From contig PFDK01000007.1 in the NCBI GenBank assembly GCA_002772645.1, positions 54,852 through 99,910 on the forward strand: a stretch of DNA of 45,059 nucleotides, given 5' to 3'. How positions within the stretch are numbered: the stretch's first letter is position 1; every line of letters starts with the position of its first letter. A program made the translations under genes and the position numbers. This stretch comes from Candidatus Pacebacteria bacterium CG10_big_fil_rev_8_21_14_0_10_56_10. Its GTDB lineage: Bacteria > Patescibacteriota > Microgenomatia > UBA1400 > PJMF01. The notes under the pieces were generated by a model. The model was given only the letters and a program-made list of their open reading frames with translations. It ran no database searches and was not told the DNA's origin. Shown piece by piece: positions 8,057 to 16,729 of this stretch.

Positions 8057-8407
8057 CTATGGTTCGTTGGTAATTAACAACCTACCCAGGACCCCGTTGA
8101 CAAAGCGAGGAGAGCTATCGGTGCCGAACTCTTTAGCCAGCTCGATGGCCTCGTTGATGAGGACCTTTTTGGGTGTTTTTGTCTTGAGTGATTCAAACAT
8201 AATCAGTCTCAATATTGCAAGGTCTACTTTGTTGATGTCGATCAGCGGCCTTTCCGGGGCGGCTTGGGACAACAACCGGTCAATCTGGTCCAGAATGGCG
8301 ACGACTGGCCGGATCTCGTTACTTTGGCTTTGGCCGGTGACAAAACTGTAAGCGAACAGCTGTTGCATCTGCGCCACCCGTTTTTGGTGCCTGGGATCTT
8401 TGGCCAT
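8057..8407 (-). CDS. nusB: Transcription antitermination factor NusB (short form)
   Basis: 116 aa. RHQKRVAQMQQLFAYSF...AILRLIMFE...PKKVLINEAIELAKEFG...FVNGVLG is the NusB pattern. Confidence 0.75.
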   Translation of the reverse strand: MAKDPRHQKRVAQMQQLFAYSFVTGQSQSNEIRPVVAILDQIDRLLSQAAPERPLIDINKVDLAILRLIMFESLKTKTPKKVLINEAIELAKEFGTDSSPRFVNGVLGRLLITNEP

Positions 8408-8501
8408 ACCCCGATTGTACCCGGTTACTTTCAGACTGCCAGCACTGCGCGGAACCGGCCGAATTCCGGCCCGGTTGGCCGGTTCCAGGCCTTGGAGCGG
8501 G

Positions 8502-8717
8502 TTACGTCTTGGTAGGCTTTGGGGTCGGGCGCTGATGGGTCGAACTCTGATCGGTCGAGCGCTGCAGTCCCAAGGCGGTCGAGATCTGGGCCACCAATCC
8601 TCGTTTATCAGGGGTGACTTGATAAACGTTACTGTCGCGCCTCAGCCGCGGCGAGTTGCCGGAGCGGCGTTTGCCGCGTTCGGCTCGGGTAATTTTGTTT
8701 TTTGGTAACGCGCCCAT
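8502..8717 (-). CDS. rpmF: 50S ribosomal protein L32 (Cys-less type) with a C-terminal extension
   Basis: The N-terminus ALPKNKITRAERGKRRSG resembles the E. coli L32 segment QQNKPTRSKRGMRRSH. Confidence 0.65.
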   Translation of the reverse strand: MGALPKNKITRAERGKRRSGNSPRLRRDSNVYQVTPDKRGLVAQISTALGLQRSTDQSSTHQRPTPKPTKT

Positions 8718-8777
8718 GGTAATGATCTTTTAGGAATGCCTTTTCGAACTGCCTACGGCACAAAACGGTATTGTACC

Positions 8778-10922
8778 TCAAGAAGGAGCGATCAGCAAAC
8801 GGTTGTTGTCCTGCTTTGGCGAGGCAGCTTGACCGGCCTGTTTGGTTTGACCAGCCTGACCGGCCAGCTTGATCATAGACTGCCACTCGGCAGGCAGTTG
8901 ATCGGCAATACGACGGGCTTGGGTAATTAAACTCAAGTTGGCCCAACTAGCAAAACGAAGTGACCCGAAGCCGGTTTGCTCGGTCCCAAAGATGTTGCCG
9001 GCGCCGCGGTGTTTGAGGTCGTACTCGGCAAGTTGGTTGCCGTCGGTAGTTTGGGTAAAGTACTTGAGGCGCTGTCGGGCCTTGGTCGTTGGGCCGGAAG
9101 AAAACAGCAAGCAGTAGCCCTGCTGGCCGGCCCGACCTACTCTGCCGCGGAGTTGGTGCAGGCTGGCCAGCCCATATCGCTCGGCGGCCTCGATGACGAT
9201 GACGGCCGCCGCCGGCAGATCGACGCCTACTTCTACCATCGGCGTGGTTACCAGCACGTCTACTTGCTGGTCGTACAGCGCCGCCGCCGCCGCTTGCTGC
9301 TGTTTTTTTCCTAACCGACCATGAAGCAGCTCGACACGCAAGTTGTCTGCTCCCAGCCGGCTGAGCTCTGCGGTAAGCTGGCGATGCGTTTCGGTGGCAG
9401 CGGCGATGTTTTCCAAAGCTTGGTGATGGGACGGGTCGATGAACGGACAGACAACTATGGCTTGCACCGTCCGGTCTGGGCCGCCGAGCTGGTCGACCAG
9501 CCACCGGTAGGCCGCTCGGCGTTTCCGCGACGGTACTAACCAGGTTTTGACCGGCCGGCGGCCGGCCGGCAGTTCGTCAAGACTGCTCAGCTCCAGGTGG
9601 CTGAAGATAGTCAGCATTAAACTCCGCGGGATGGGAGTGGCGGTCATGGTCAGCACGTGCGGCTGGTGTTCGAGATGAAGGTGGCGCGAGCGATGGCTGA
9701 CACCGAACCGGTGCTGTTCATCGAACACCATCAGCCCCGGTTGAAGTTGACGGAGTTGGTTAATCACGGCGTGAGTACCGATCACCAGCCGAGGCTGCCG
9801 GGTGTTCTTTACTCGGCCGTCTCGGTCTACTTGCCCGTCCCGTCCCGTCTTGCCCGCCCGATTAGCTTGGCTCGCCCGACTGCCCCGTCCAGCCCGACTG
9901 CCGGTGATCAGCTCCACCGGCAAGCTGGGCAGCAGCTTTTCCAGAGTGGCGACGTGCTGTTGGGCCAGTACCCTGGTTGGTGCCACTAAACAAGCAGTCT
10001 GGCCGTGAAGTACCGCCTGGTAGCACAGCAGGCCGGCCACCGCGGTTTTGCCCGATCCTACATCCCCGACCAGCAGACGGTTCATTGGGTAAGGACGAGC
10101 CATGTCCGTCAACGCTTCGCTGATCGCCCGCTGTTGGGCCCGGGTTAAGTTGAACGGCAGCTGGGCCGTCGCCGTGTGCTGGGCTTGTTGGGCCGCCGCC
10201 GTCATCGGCAGGGCAAGAGCGCTGTGCCGCTGCCGCCACAGCCGTTTAAGTCGGCGCGACTCAACGATTAAGCCCAACAGTTCTTCCAGCGCCAACCGCT
10301 GCCGGGCCAGCTCGATCATTTTCTGACTGTCCGGGAAGTGAAGCTGGCGGAACGTTTGGTCGAGCGGCAGGTCAGTGCCGGCAGTGCCTTCAGGCAGTTG
10401 GGCGGCCAGCTGGTCGTCGAGCCGCAGCCCATCGAGAATTTCTTTGAGCAGCCGGCGAACTGTGCCTAGCTTGACACCTAGACTTGATGAGTAGATCGGC
10501 ACGATCCGGCCGGTGTGAATGGTGTCGGCGGCGGCCGGCTCGGCCAGCGGCTGGACCATTGCTCCCCGCTCTCCCAGCTGGCCGGAGACGATGTAGTCGC
10601 GGCCCTGGCGCAGGGATCTGGCCAAGTACTGATTATTAAACCAGATGGTGTTGAGCTGGCCGGTCCGGTCGCTGAACCGGCCGCGCTGAATAGAGCGGCC
10701 GCCCTTGTAGTAGGAAGTGATCGAGTCCAGTTTGGCCCGGACGGAGACTGTCTGGTTGAGCTCTAGTTCGGCCACAGTCTTGAAGACCGACCGGTCCTCG
10801 TAACGGTACGGCACACACAACAGTAAGTCCTGGACAGTGAAAAGTCCGTTGGTCTCCAACCGAGCGGCCAAGAGCTGGCCAATGCCTTTGACCGCCGGCA
10901 GGGGTGAGGACAACCGGTACAT
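8778..10922 (-). CDS. recG: ATP-dependent DNA helicase RecG
   Basis: 714 aa. It has a wedge/OB N-terminus, Walker A (GDVGSGKTAVA), DEQHRFGV, TATPIPR and LHQLRGRVGR motifs. Confidence 0.9.
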   Translation of the reverse strand: MYRLSSPLPAVKGIGQLLAARLETNGLFTVQDLLLCVPYRYEDRSVFKTVAELELNQTVSVRAKLDSITSYYKGGRSIQRGRFSDRTGQLNTIWFNNQYLARSLRQGRDYIVSGQLGERGAMVQPLAEPAAADTIHTGRIVPIYSSSLGVKLGTVRRLLKEILDGLRLDDQLAAQLPEGTAGTDLPLDQTFRQLHFPDSQKMIELARQRLALEELLGLIVESRRLKRLWRQRHSALALPMTAAAQQAQHTATAQLPFNLTRAQQRAISEALTDMARPYPMNRLLVGDVGSGKTAVAGLLCYQAVLHGQTACLVAPTRVLAQQHVATLEKLLPSLPVELITGSRAGRGSRASQANRAGKTGRDGQVDRDGRVKNTRQPRLVIGTHAVINQLRQLQPGLMVFDEQHRFGVSHRSRHLHLEHQPHVLTMTATPIPRSLMLTIFSHLELSSLDELPAGRRPVKTWLVPSRKRRAAYRWLVDQLGGPDRTVQAIVVCPFIDPSHHQALENIAAATETHRQLTAELSRLGADNLRVELLHGRLGKKQQQAAAAALYDQQVDVLVTTPMVEVGVDLPAAAVIVIEAAERYGLASLHQLRGRVGRAGQQGYCLLFSSGPTTKARQRLKYFTQTTDGNQLAEYDLKHRGAGNIFGTEQTGFGSLRFASWANLSLITQARRIADQLPAEWQSMIKLAGQAGQTKQAGQAASPKQDNNRLLIAPS

Positions 10923-10945
10923 TCCCCCAGCCTACTACGCTCGAG

Positions 10946-11050
10946 CTAAAACAGTAAGAACAAAGCGTGGCCTAAAGTACTGGCGATCAGCCCCACGATC
11001 GAAAAGATGGCAAACACTTTGATGATGCGTTGACGGGTTTTCTTTGACAT
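10946..11050 (-). CDS. Small (34 aa) single-pass membrane protein, hypothetical
   Basis: Below the ORF-track size cutoff, so read by hand: ATG (reverse complement of 11048-11050) TCA AAG AAA ... TAG gives MSKKTRQRIIKVFAIFSIVGLIASTLGHALFLLF. It has a basic N-terminus followed by one hydrophobic helix. It fills the gap between tyrS and recG on the same strand. Confidence 0.4.
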   Translation of the reverse strand: MSKKTRQRIIKVFAIFSIVGLIASTLGHALFLLF

Positions 11051-11058
11051 ACTCGTTT

Positions 11059-12288
11059 TCAAGCTTCGGCGGTAACAGCGCGACTGCTGGTGGTTGGGCG
11101 CAGTCGGTAGTATCGACGCTTCCCTATTTTAACCGCGGTCTGGGAGCCGACGTCCACCCGGTAATTAGGATCGGTAGGCCGTTCTTCTGATGGTTGGAGC
11201 TCTACTCCGCCCTGTTTGATCAGTCGCCGCCGGTGAGCGTTGCTCGCCTCAGGCCAACACAGCCCAACCAGTTCCAGTAACGAAACGCTCTGGGCCTCGA
11301 TTGTCACGACCGGCAACTGGTCAGGCAGCTGGCCGCGCTGGACTATTTGCTCGAAGTGGGCCTGGGCTTGCTGGGCCAGCCGCTCCGAGTGGTACTGGCT
11401 GGTGATGCTCAGCGCCAGCTTTTTCTTGAACTCCATTGGGTTAGCGCCGGCCCGCATGGATTGGTCCATCTGGGCGATGTCCTCTTCGGGTACGTCGGTC
11501 AAGACTGTGAAGTACTGGATAATTTGGTCGTCATTGGTGCGCATCAACTTGCCGTACATTTGGTTGGGCGGCTCGGTCAGCGCCACGTAGTTACCGTACG
11601 ACTTACTCATCTTGCGCCCGTCGGTGCCGTTGATCAGCGGGGTGGTCAGCACCCACTTTGGTTTGTGGCGGTAGGTTTTCTGCAGATGGCGGCCCATCAT
11701 CATGTTGAACGTTTGGTCAGTGCCGCCGATCTCCAAGTCCACGTCCATTACTACGCTGTCGTAGCCCTGTATCAATGGGTAAATCAGTTCGTGGCCGTGA
11801 ACGGGCTGACCGGCTTTGAGGCGCTTTTGGAACATGTCCCGCTCGATTAATTGCTGGACGGTAGTTTTGGCCATCAACCCAATGAGGTCAACATAACTAA
11901 GTTTGTCCAGCCAGTCGCCGTTGCGCTTCACCTCGATCCGTTCAAAGTCGAGGATGACGCTGGCCTGTTGCTGCCAGTTGCGGAAATTAGCCTCGATCTG
12001 CTCGTCGCTGAGGACCGGTCTGGTACTGTCGCGGCCGGTGGGATCACCTATCCTGACTGTGCCGTTGCCGATCAGCAGGATAACCTCATGACCGGCCAAG
12101 GCAAACTGCTGAAGCTTGCGCAGTACGACGCTGTGGCCCAGGGTCAGCTCTGCTCCGGAGGGGTCGATGCCCAGGTAGAGCCGAATGGATCGCCGGGCCA
12201 TCAGATCAGCTAAACTTTTTTTGTCCGGCAAAACTTGGGCTACGCCGCGGGTGAGGATTTGCTCGGTCTGGTGAGGATCGCTTTTCAT
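11059..12288 (-). CDS. tyrS: Tyrosine--tRNA ligase
   Basis: GIDPSGAELTLGH (HIGH-type), GGTDQTFNMMMG, KMSKS, and a C-terminal S4-like domain (RRLIKQGGVEL). The track starts at GTG 12291. The ATG at 12288 fits a TACAAT box at 12299-12304. Confidence 0.85.
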   Translation of the reverse strand: MKSDPHQTEQILTRGVAQVLPDKKSLADLMARRSIRLYLGIDPSGAELTLGHSVVLRKLQQFALAGHEVILLIGNGTVRIGDPTGRDSTRPVLSDEQIEANFRNWQQQASVILDFERIEVKRNGDWLDKLSYVDLIGLMAKTTVQQLIERDMFQKRLKAGQPVHGHELIYPLIQGYDSVVMDVDLEIGGTDQTFNMMMGRHLQKTYRHKPKWVLTTPLINGTDGRKMSKSYGNYVALTEPPNQMYGKLMRTNDDQIIQYFTVLTDVPEEDIAQMDQSMRAGANPMEFKKKLALSITSQYHSERLAQQAQAHFEQIVQRGQLPDQLPVVTIEAQSVSLLELVGLCWPEASNAHRRRLIKQGGVELQPSEERPTDPNYRVDVGSQTAVKIGKRRYYRLRPTTSSRAVTAEA

Positions 12289-12347
12289 CACTGAAGGTAT
12301 TGTACCTGAACAGGGTAGTTGGTACGCAGTGAGGTATCATAGAGGCA

Positions 12348-15299
12348 ATGTCACTGCCCGATCACGCCGACGATCAGCCTGAGGAAGGGCCCTGGGGGAC
12401 TCACCGGTCGGACCATCAGCCGACCGGTCCGTCTGTCACCGGCCCACCGCCATCAGTCGGCGAACGGCCAACTTGGTACAATAGCCCCTCTGACGCGCTC
12501 ACCAGCTCTGGCTGGAAGCATCGGGGAGTACAGTTGGTTGCCGCCGTAGTCGGACTTCACCATACTTTGACCGCCATGTTGAGCCATTTTTCTCGCCGTG
12601 CTAACCGCGCTCGTTGTGCTAACCATGCCGGTTCCGCCGCCAGTGGCCGGTTCCGCCGCCGTCTCTCCAGTCCCAGCGAACGGCGCCTACGCCGCGTCAG
12701 AATGGTCCGGCTGGCTGCTCTGGCTGCTCTGCTGATAGTAGTAGTCGGCATCTTAGGTTTCTTTGGCTTGATCACCTTTTTCTCGCGCGACTTGCCTCAG
12801 CCTGGCCAGGTTGTCCGTCGCCAGGGTTTCAGCACTAAGATTTTTGCCAGAGAGGGCGAACTGCTTTACGATTTATTTTCCGACCAACGGCGCACCCCGG
12901 TCTCGATTGAGAACATCCCGCTGGTTGTTCAACAGGCTACGGTGGCCATCGAGGACAAGGACTTTTATACCCACCAAGGCTTTGACATTTTGACTTTGGG
13001 CCGGCTGCCGTACAATTTACTGTTTCGACAGCGGGTGGTGGGCGGCTCGACCCTCACCCAACAGCTGGTCAAGAACGTTTTGCTGACCAACGAGCGAACC
13101 ATCAATCGTAAAGTTAAAGAGTTGGTGCTGGCCCTCCAGATCGAGCGGACCTTCACCAAAGATCAAATTCTGGAGATGTACCTCAACGAGGCGCCGTACG
13201 GCGGCACTGCCTGGGGGATCGCCGCCGCCGCCGAGACCTACTTCGACAAAAGTATTAACGAGCTGTCGCTGGCCGAGGCGGCCGTGCTGGCCGGCTTACC
13301 TCAACGCCCGAGCGCCTACTCACCGCTGTTGGGCAAGACTGACGACCGAGGCCGTTTGCTGTGGCAGATCCGCGCCCAAGCTGTCTTGCGGCGGATGCTG
13401 GAAGACAACCTTATCTCCGGCCAAGAGCACGACCAGGCATTAGCCAGTCTTGATGAACTTGAGTTCCGCCAGAATGCGGTTAATATCAATGCCCCCCACT
13501 TCGTGTTTTACGTTCAGGACCAGCTGGAAGAGATGTTTGGTCAGCAAGTAGTGGAGCAAGGTGGCCTCCAGGTGATTACTTCGCTCGATATGGACCTACA
13601 GCAGAAGTCACAGCAAATCGTGGCTGAAGAGATTGGCAAGGTTGAGGACTTCAACATCAGCAACGGCGCCGCTATGGTGGTCGATCCCCTGACTGGCGAG
13701 ATACTGGTGATGGTGGGCAGTAAAGATTTTTTTAGTGACCAGATTGATGGCCAGTTTAACGTGGCAGTTAATGGGTTGCGCCAGCCGGGCAGCTCAATCA
13801 AGCCGGTCACCTACGCAGGTCTGTTGATGGCAGGCTACACCCCGGCCCAGGTGCTGGTGGATGCCCAGACCGTTTTTGCAGTCAATCCTGAAGACAAAGC
13901 CTACCAGCCCAACAACTACGATGGCCAGTTCCGTGGGCCGGTTTCGATCAGGAACGCGCTGGGCAGCTCGATCAACGTCCCGGCGGTCAAAGCGCTGGCT
14001 ATTTTAGGGATCGAGGACTTTCTGGACTTGGCATTCCGGCTGGGCTTTTCTACCCTGGAACCCACTCCCGAGAACTTTCGCCGTCTGGGCCTGTCGGTGA
14101 CCTTGGGCGGCGGCGAGGTTCACCTGATCGACACGGTGACTGCCTACTCAAGTTTTGCTAACGGCGGCACCAAAGTTGAGCCGGTAGCTATTCTTAAAGT
14201 GACTGACTTGGACGGCAATGTCTTGTTTGAGCACCGGCCTACCCAGGGCCAGCGGGTCGTACCGGAGGAAGTGGCCTTTTTGATCAACCATATTCTCTCT
14301 GACAACAACGCTCGGCTGTTAGCCTTTGGCGCCAACTCGCTGCTCAACACCGGCCGGCCCATCGCCGTCAAGACCGGTACCACCAACGACCAGCGGGACA
14401 ACTGGACGATTGGCTGGAGCCAGCAAGTGATGGTCGGTGCCTGGGTGGGCAACAACGACAACAGCCCGATGACGCGGGTGGCATCCGGTATCACTGGCGC
14501 CTCACCAATCTGGCGGCGGATCATGTTTGAGGCGCTGGAGGCCGGTTACCAAGCCCCAGACTGGCAGCGGCCGGACACCATCGAGGAGGTGCAAGTAGAT
14601 GCCATTTCCGGTTATCCGGCCCACGACGATTTTGCCAGCCGCAGCGAGCTGGTTATCAAGGGTACCCAACCCGGCTTGCCGGACCCGGTCCACACTAAGC
14701 TGGAAGTTTGCCGCGACCAGCCTGACAGGCTGGCTACCAGGGCTTTGATCGCCAGCGGCGAGTTTGACCGTCGTGAGTTTATTGTGCTGGCAGAAGACGA
14801 TCCTTACAGCCAGGACGGGGTCAACCGCTGGCAAGCCGCCATCGATGCCTGGATTAGCGGCCAAAGCGACGATCACTACCGGGTGCCGACCGAGTTTTGC
14901 GGTGACCAGAGCGAGATCTTTATCAAGCTCAAAGAGCCGGATGACAAAGAAGAGTTTGACGATAATGATATTTTGGTTGAGGTAGAAGCAGACAGCGCCG
15001 ACGGCATCGACAAAATCGAGATCGTGGTCGACGACGTCATTATCGACACCGTTAGCGACCATCGCTACAAAGCTACTGTCAACCTTTCGTCAGGTCAGCA
15101 CACGGTGTATGCCAAGACCAAGTCTCGCTCAGGGAAAGAGGCTACCAGTGGTAAGTCGCGCATTGGGGTTGGCGGCGAGCCGTGGCGCCAAGAAGAAGCT
15201 GGCCCACCGGCTAGTGACAACGACGACGGTGGTTCGAGTAACGGCAATAGTGGTGACGGTGGGAACGATGGCGTTGGCCCACCCGGCGGCTTGCCGTAA
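12348..15299 (+). CDS. Class A penicillin-binding protein (GT51 transglycosylase + transpeptidase) with long N- and C-terminal extensions
   Basis: GT51 motifs EDKDFYTHQGFD and GGSTLTQQLVKN. Transpeptidase motifs SSIKP (SxxK), SSIN (SxN) and KTGTT. TM helix LAALAALLIVVVGILGFFGLITFF lies around residue 125. Confidence 0.85.
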   Translation: MSLPDHADDQPEEGPWGTHRSDHQPTGPSVTGPPPSVGERPTWYNSPSDALTSSGWKHRGVQLVAAVVGLHHTLTAMLSHFSRRANRARCANHAGSAASGRFRRRLSSPSERRLRRVRMVRLAALAALLIVVVGILGFFGLITFFSRDLPQPGQVVRRQGFSTKIFAREGELLYDLFSDQRRTPVSIENIPLVVQQATVAIEDKDFYTHQGFDILTLGRLPYNLLFRQRVVGGSTLTQQLVKNVLLTNERTINRKVKELVLALQIERTFTKDQILEMYLNEAPYGGTAWGIAAAAETYFDKSINELSLAEAAVLAGLPQRPSAYSPLLGKTDDRGRLLWQIRAQAVLRRMLEDNLISGQEHDQALASLDELEFRQNAVNINAPHFVFYVQDQLEEMFGQQVVEQGGLQVITSLDMDLQQKSQQIVAEEIGKVEDFNISNGAAMVVDPLTGEILVMVGSKDFFSDQIDGQFNVAVNGLRQPGSSIKPVTYAGLLMAGYTPAQVLVDAQTVFAVNPEDKAYQPNNYDGQFRGPVSIRNALGSSINVPAVKALAILGIEDFLDLAFRLGFSTLEPTPENFRRLGLSVTLGGGEVHLIDTVTAYSSFANGGTKVEPVAILKVTDLDGNVLFEHRPTQGQRVVPEEVAFLINHILSDNNARLLAFGANSLLNTGRPIAVKTGTTNDQRDNWTIGWSQQVMVGAWVGNNDNSPMTRVASGITGASPIWRRIMFEALEAGYQAPDWQRPDTIEEVQVDAISGYPAHDDFASRSELVIKGTQPGLPDPVHTKLEVCRDQPDRLATRALIASGEFDRREFIVLAEDDPYSQDGVNRWQAAIDAWISGQSDDHYRVPTEFCGDQSEIFIKLKEPDDKEEFDDNDILVEVEADSADGIDKIEIVVDDVIIDTVSDHRYKATVNLSSGQHTVYAKTKSRSGKEATSGKSRIGVGGEPWRQEEAGPPASDNDDGGSSNGNSGDGGNDGVGPPGGLP

Positions 15300-15320
15300 A
15301 TCCTGGCGGCTCTCGGAGTG

Positions 15321-16673
15321 CTAGGACGAACGGCTCGGGCGCTTCCCGAGTTGGGACGACCACCAGCTCAAGGCCAGTACCACTGTCAACTGACCGGCGG
15401 GCAAGGTCCACAGGTAATGATCAAGGCTGAGCGCCGGCAGCAGCACCGCTCCGGTCAACACCAGGTTCCGGCGCGTTCGCGGCGACACCAGCGTCCACCA
15501 TCGCCCCAGCCACCAGGCTGCCAGCACTCCGCCTTCGCTCAACACCAGCCAGCCCACGTTGTGGACCGGTTGGACAAATCTAACCACTTCCCGCCGCAGT
15601 TCCGGGCTGGCGACCACGTTCTCCAACTCGGCTGTGAAAGAGTTCAGCCCTACCCCTGCCAGCGGGTACCGGCCCACCACCGCGCCGGCCGCGGTCTGTA
15701 ACCTGGCCCGGCGGGCCAAAGAGGCGCTGGTGGGAAAAACATCAGCTAGGATGGCGATAGTTACGGGAACGACCACCAACACTGCCAGCAGTCCTACCAC
15801 TGCTGCTTTGGTTGCTCCTCCGGCCGTTCGTTGTCCGCTGCCAGCCGCGTTCGGCCGATAGCCGCGCCGGCCCCACCATAAAACGGCGCCTCCGACCATC
15901 ACTAGCCAGCCAGAAATTGACTGGGTCAAGGCTAACACTACTCCGCCCAGCATCAGCGCCACCACTATCAGGCCGCCCGCCGCCCAGTCGCTAACCGTGG
16001 CCGGCCGCCGCCGACTCCAGCCGGTTGCCAGTATCAGCAGTGCTACCGCCAAAAAGCCTGCCAAGACATTGGGATGGGCGGTGGTGCCGTACGGCAGCAG
16101 CCGCTCTGCCCCGCCCAAGCTACTTAGCGCCAGGCCGGGCTGGAAGCGTAGGGTTGGTTCACCCAGTAGCCAGTAGCCGGCCACTGACCGCTGAGTAACA
16201 ACCTGTCCTAGCCCTACCAGGGACTGGACAATCACCGAGCCGGCCAACCCGGCCCGCATCCAAGTGCTGTGCCACAGTTCTGCCCGGCGGACCAGCACCC
16301 AGCCTACCAGCGCCGTCACCACTGTCCAGCTTAGCCAAGTGAGCGATGCTAATGGGTTGACTGAAAACCACTGTCTGACCAGCAGCAGTCCGGTTAGCGC
16401 TACCAACAGCGGGTCCGGCCGCGGCCACTCGGACCTGCCCGGTCGGGCCAGTCTCACTGCCGGTCTGGCCTGTCCCACCGCCACCAGTCCCAGGGCCATC
16501 GCCACCCCTAGTATTTCCACCGCGTAGAGGCGCGGCAGTAAGTAATCAACCAGCAGGCCATGAATGTACGCCGAGTTTCTTGCCAGCACCACGAACAAGT
16601 TGCCGGGTATCATCACCAGCCAGCCGACCACCAGCGCTCTCAGCCACAGCGGGGTCGGGGTTGAAGTTGTCAT
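15321..16673 (-). CDS. O-antigen ligase/polymerase-like (Wzy_C-type) polytopic membrane protein
   Basis: 450 aa with at least 10 hydrophobic segments and a central loop. The general layout fits the O-antigen ligase family. I verified no specific catalytic motif. Confidence 0.4.
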   Translation of the reverse strand: MTTSTPTPLWLRALVVGWLVMIPGNLFVVLARNSAYIHGLLVDYLLPRLYAVEILGVAMALGLVAVGQARPAVRLARPGRSEWPRPDPLLVALTGLLLVRQWFSVNPLASLTWLSWTVVTALVGWVLVRRAELWHSTWMRAGLAGSVIVQSLVGLGQVVTQRSVAGYWLLGEPTLRFQPGLALSSLGGAERLLPYGTTAHPNVLAGFLAVALLILATGWSRRRPATVSDWAAGGLIVVALMLGGVVLALTQSISGWLVMVGGAVLWWGRRGYRPNAAGSGQRTAGGATKAAVVGLLAVLVVVPVTIAILADVFPTSASLARRARLQTAAGAVVGRYPLAGVGLNSFTAELENVVASPELRREVVRFVQPVHNVGWLVLSEGGVLAAWWLGRWWTLVSPRTRRNLVLTGAVLLPALSLDHYLWTLPAGQLTVVLALSWWSSQLGKRPSRSS

Positions 16674-16729
16674 CAGGTAAGGCGGCAGTGATTGGAACCG
16701 TTCTGATGGTTCCTAGTACAGTGGTCCTA

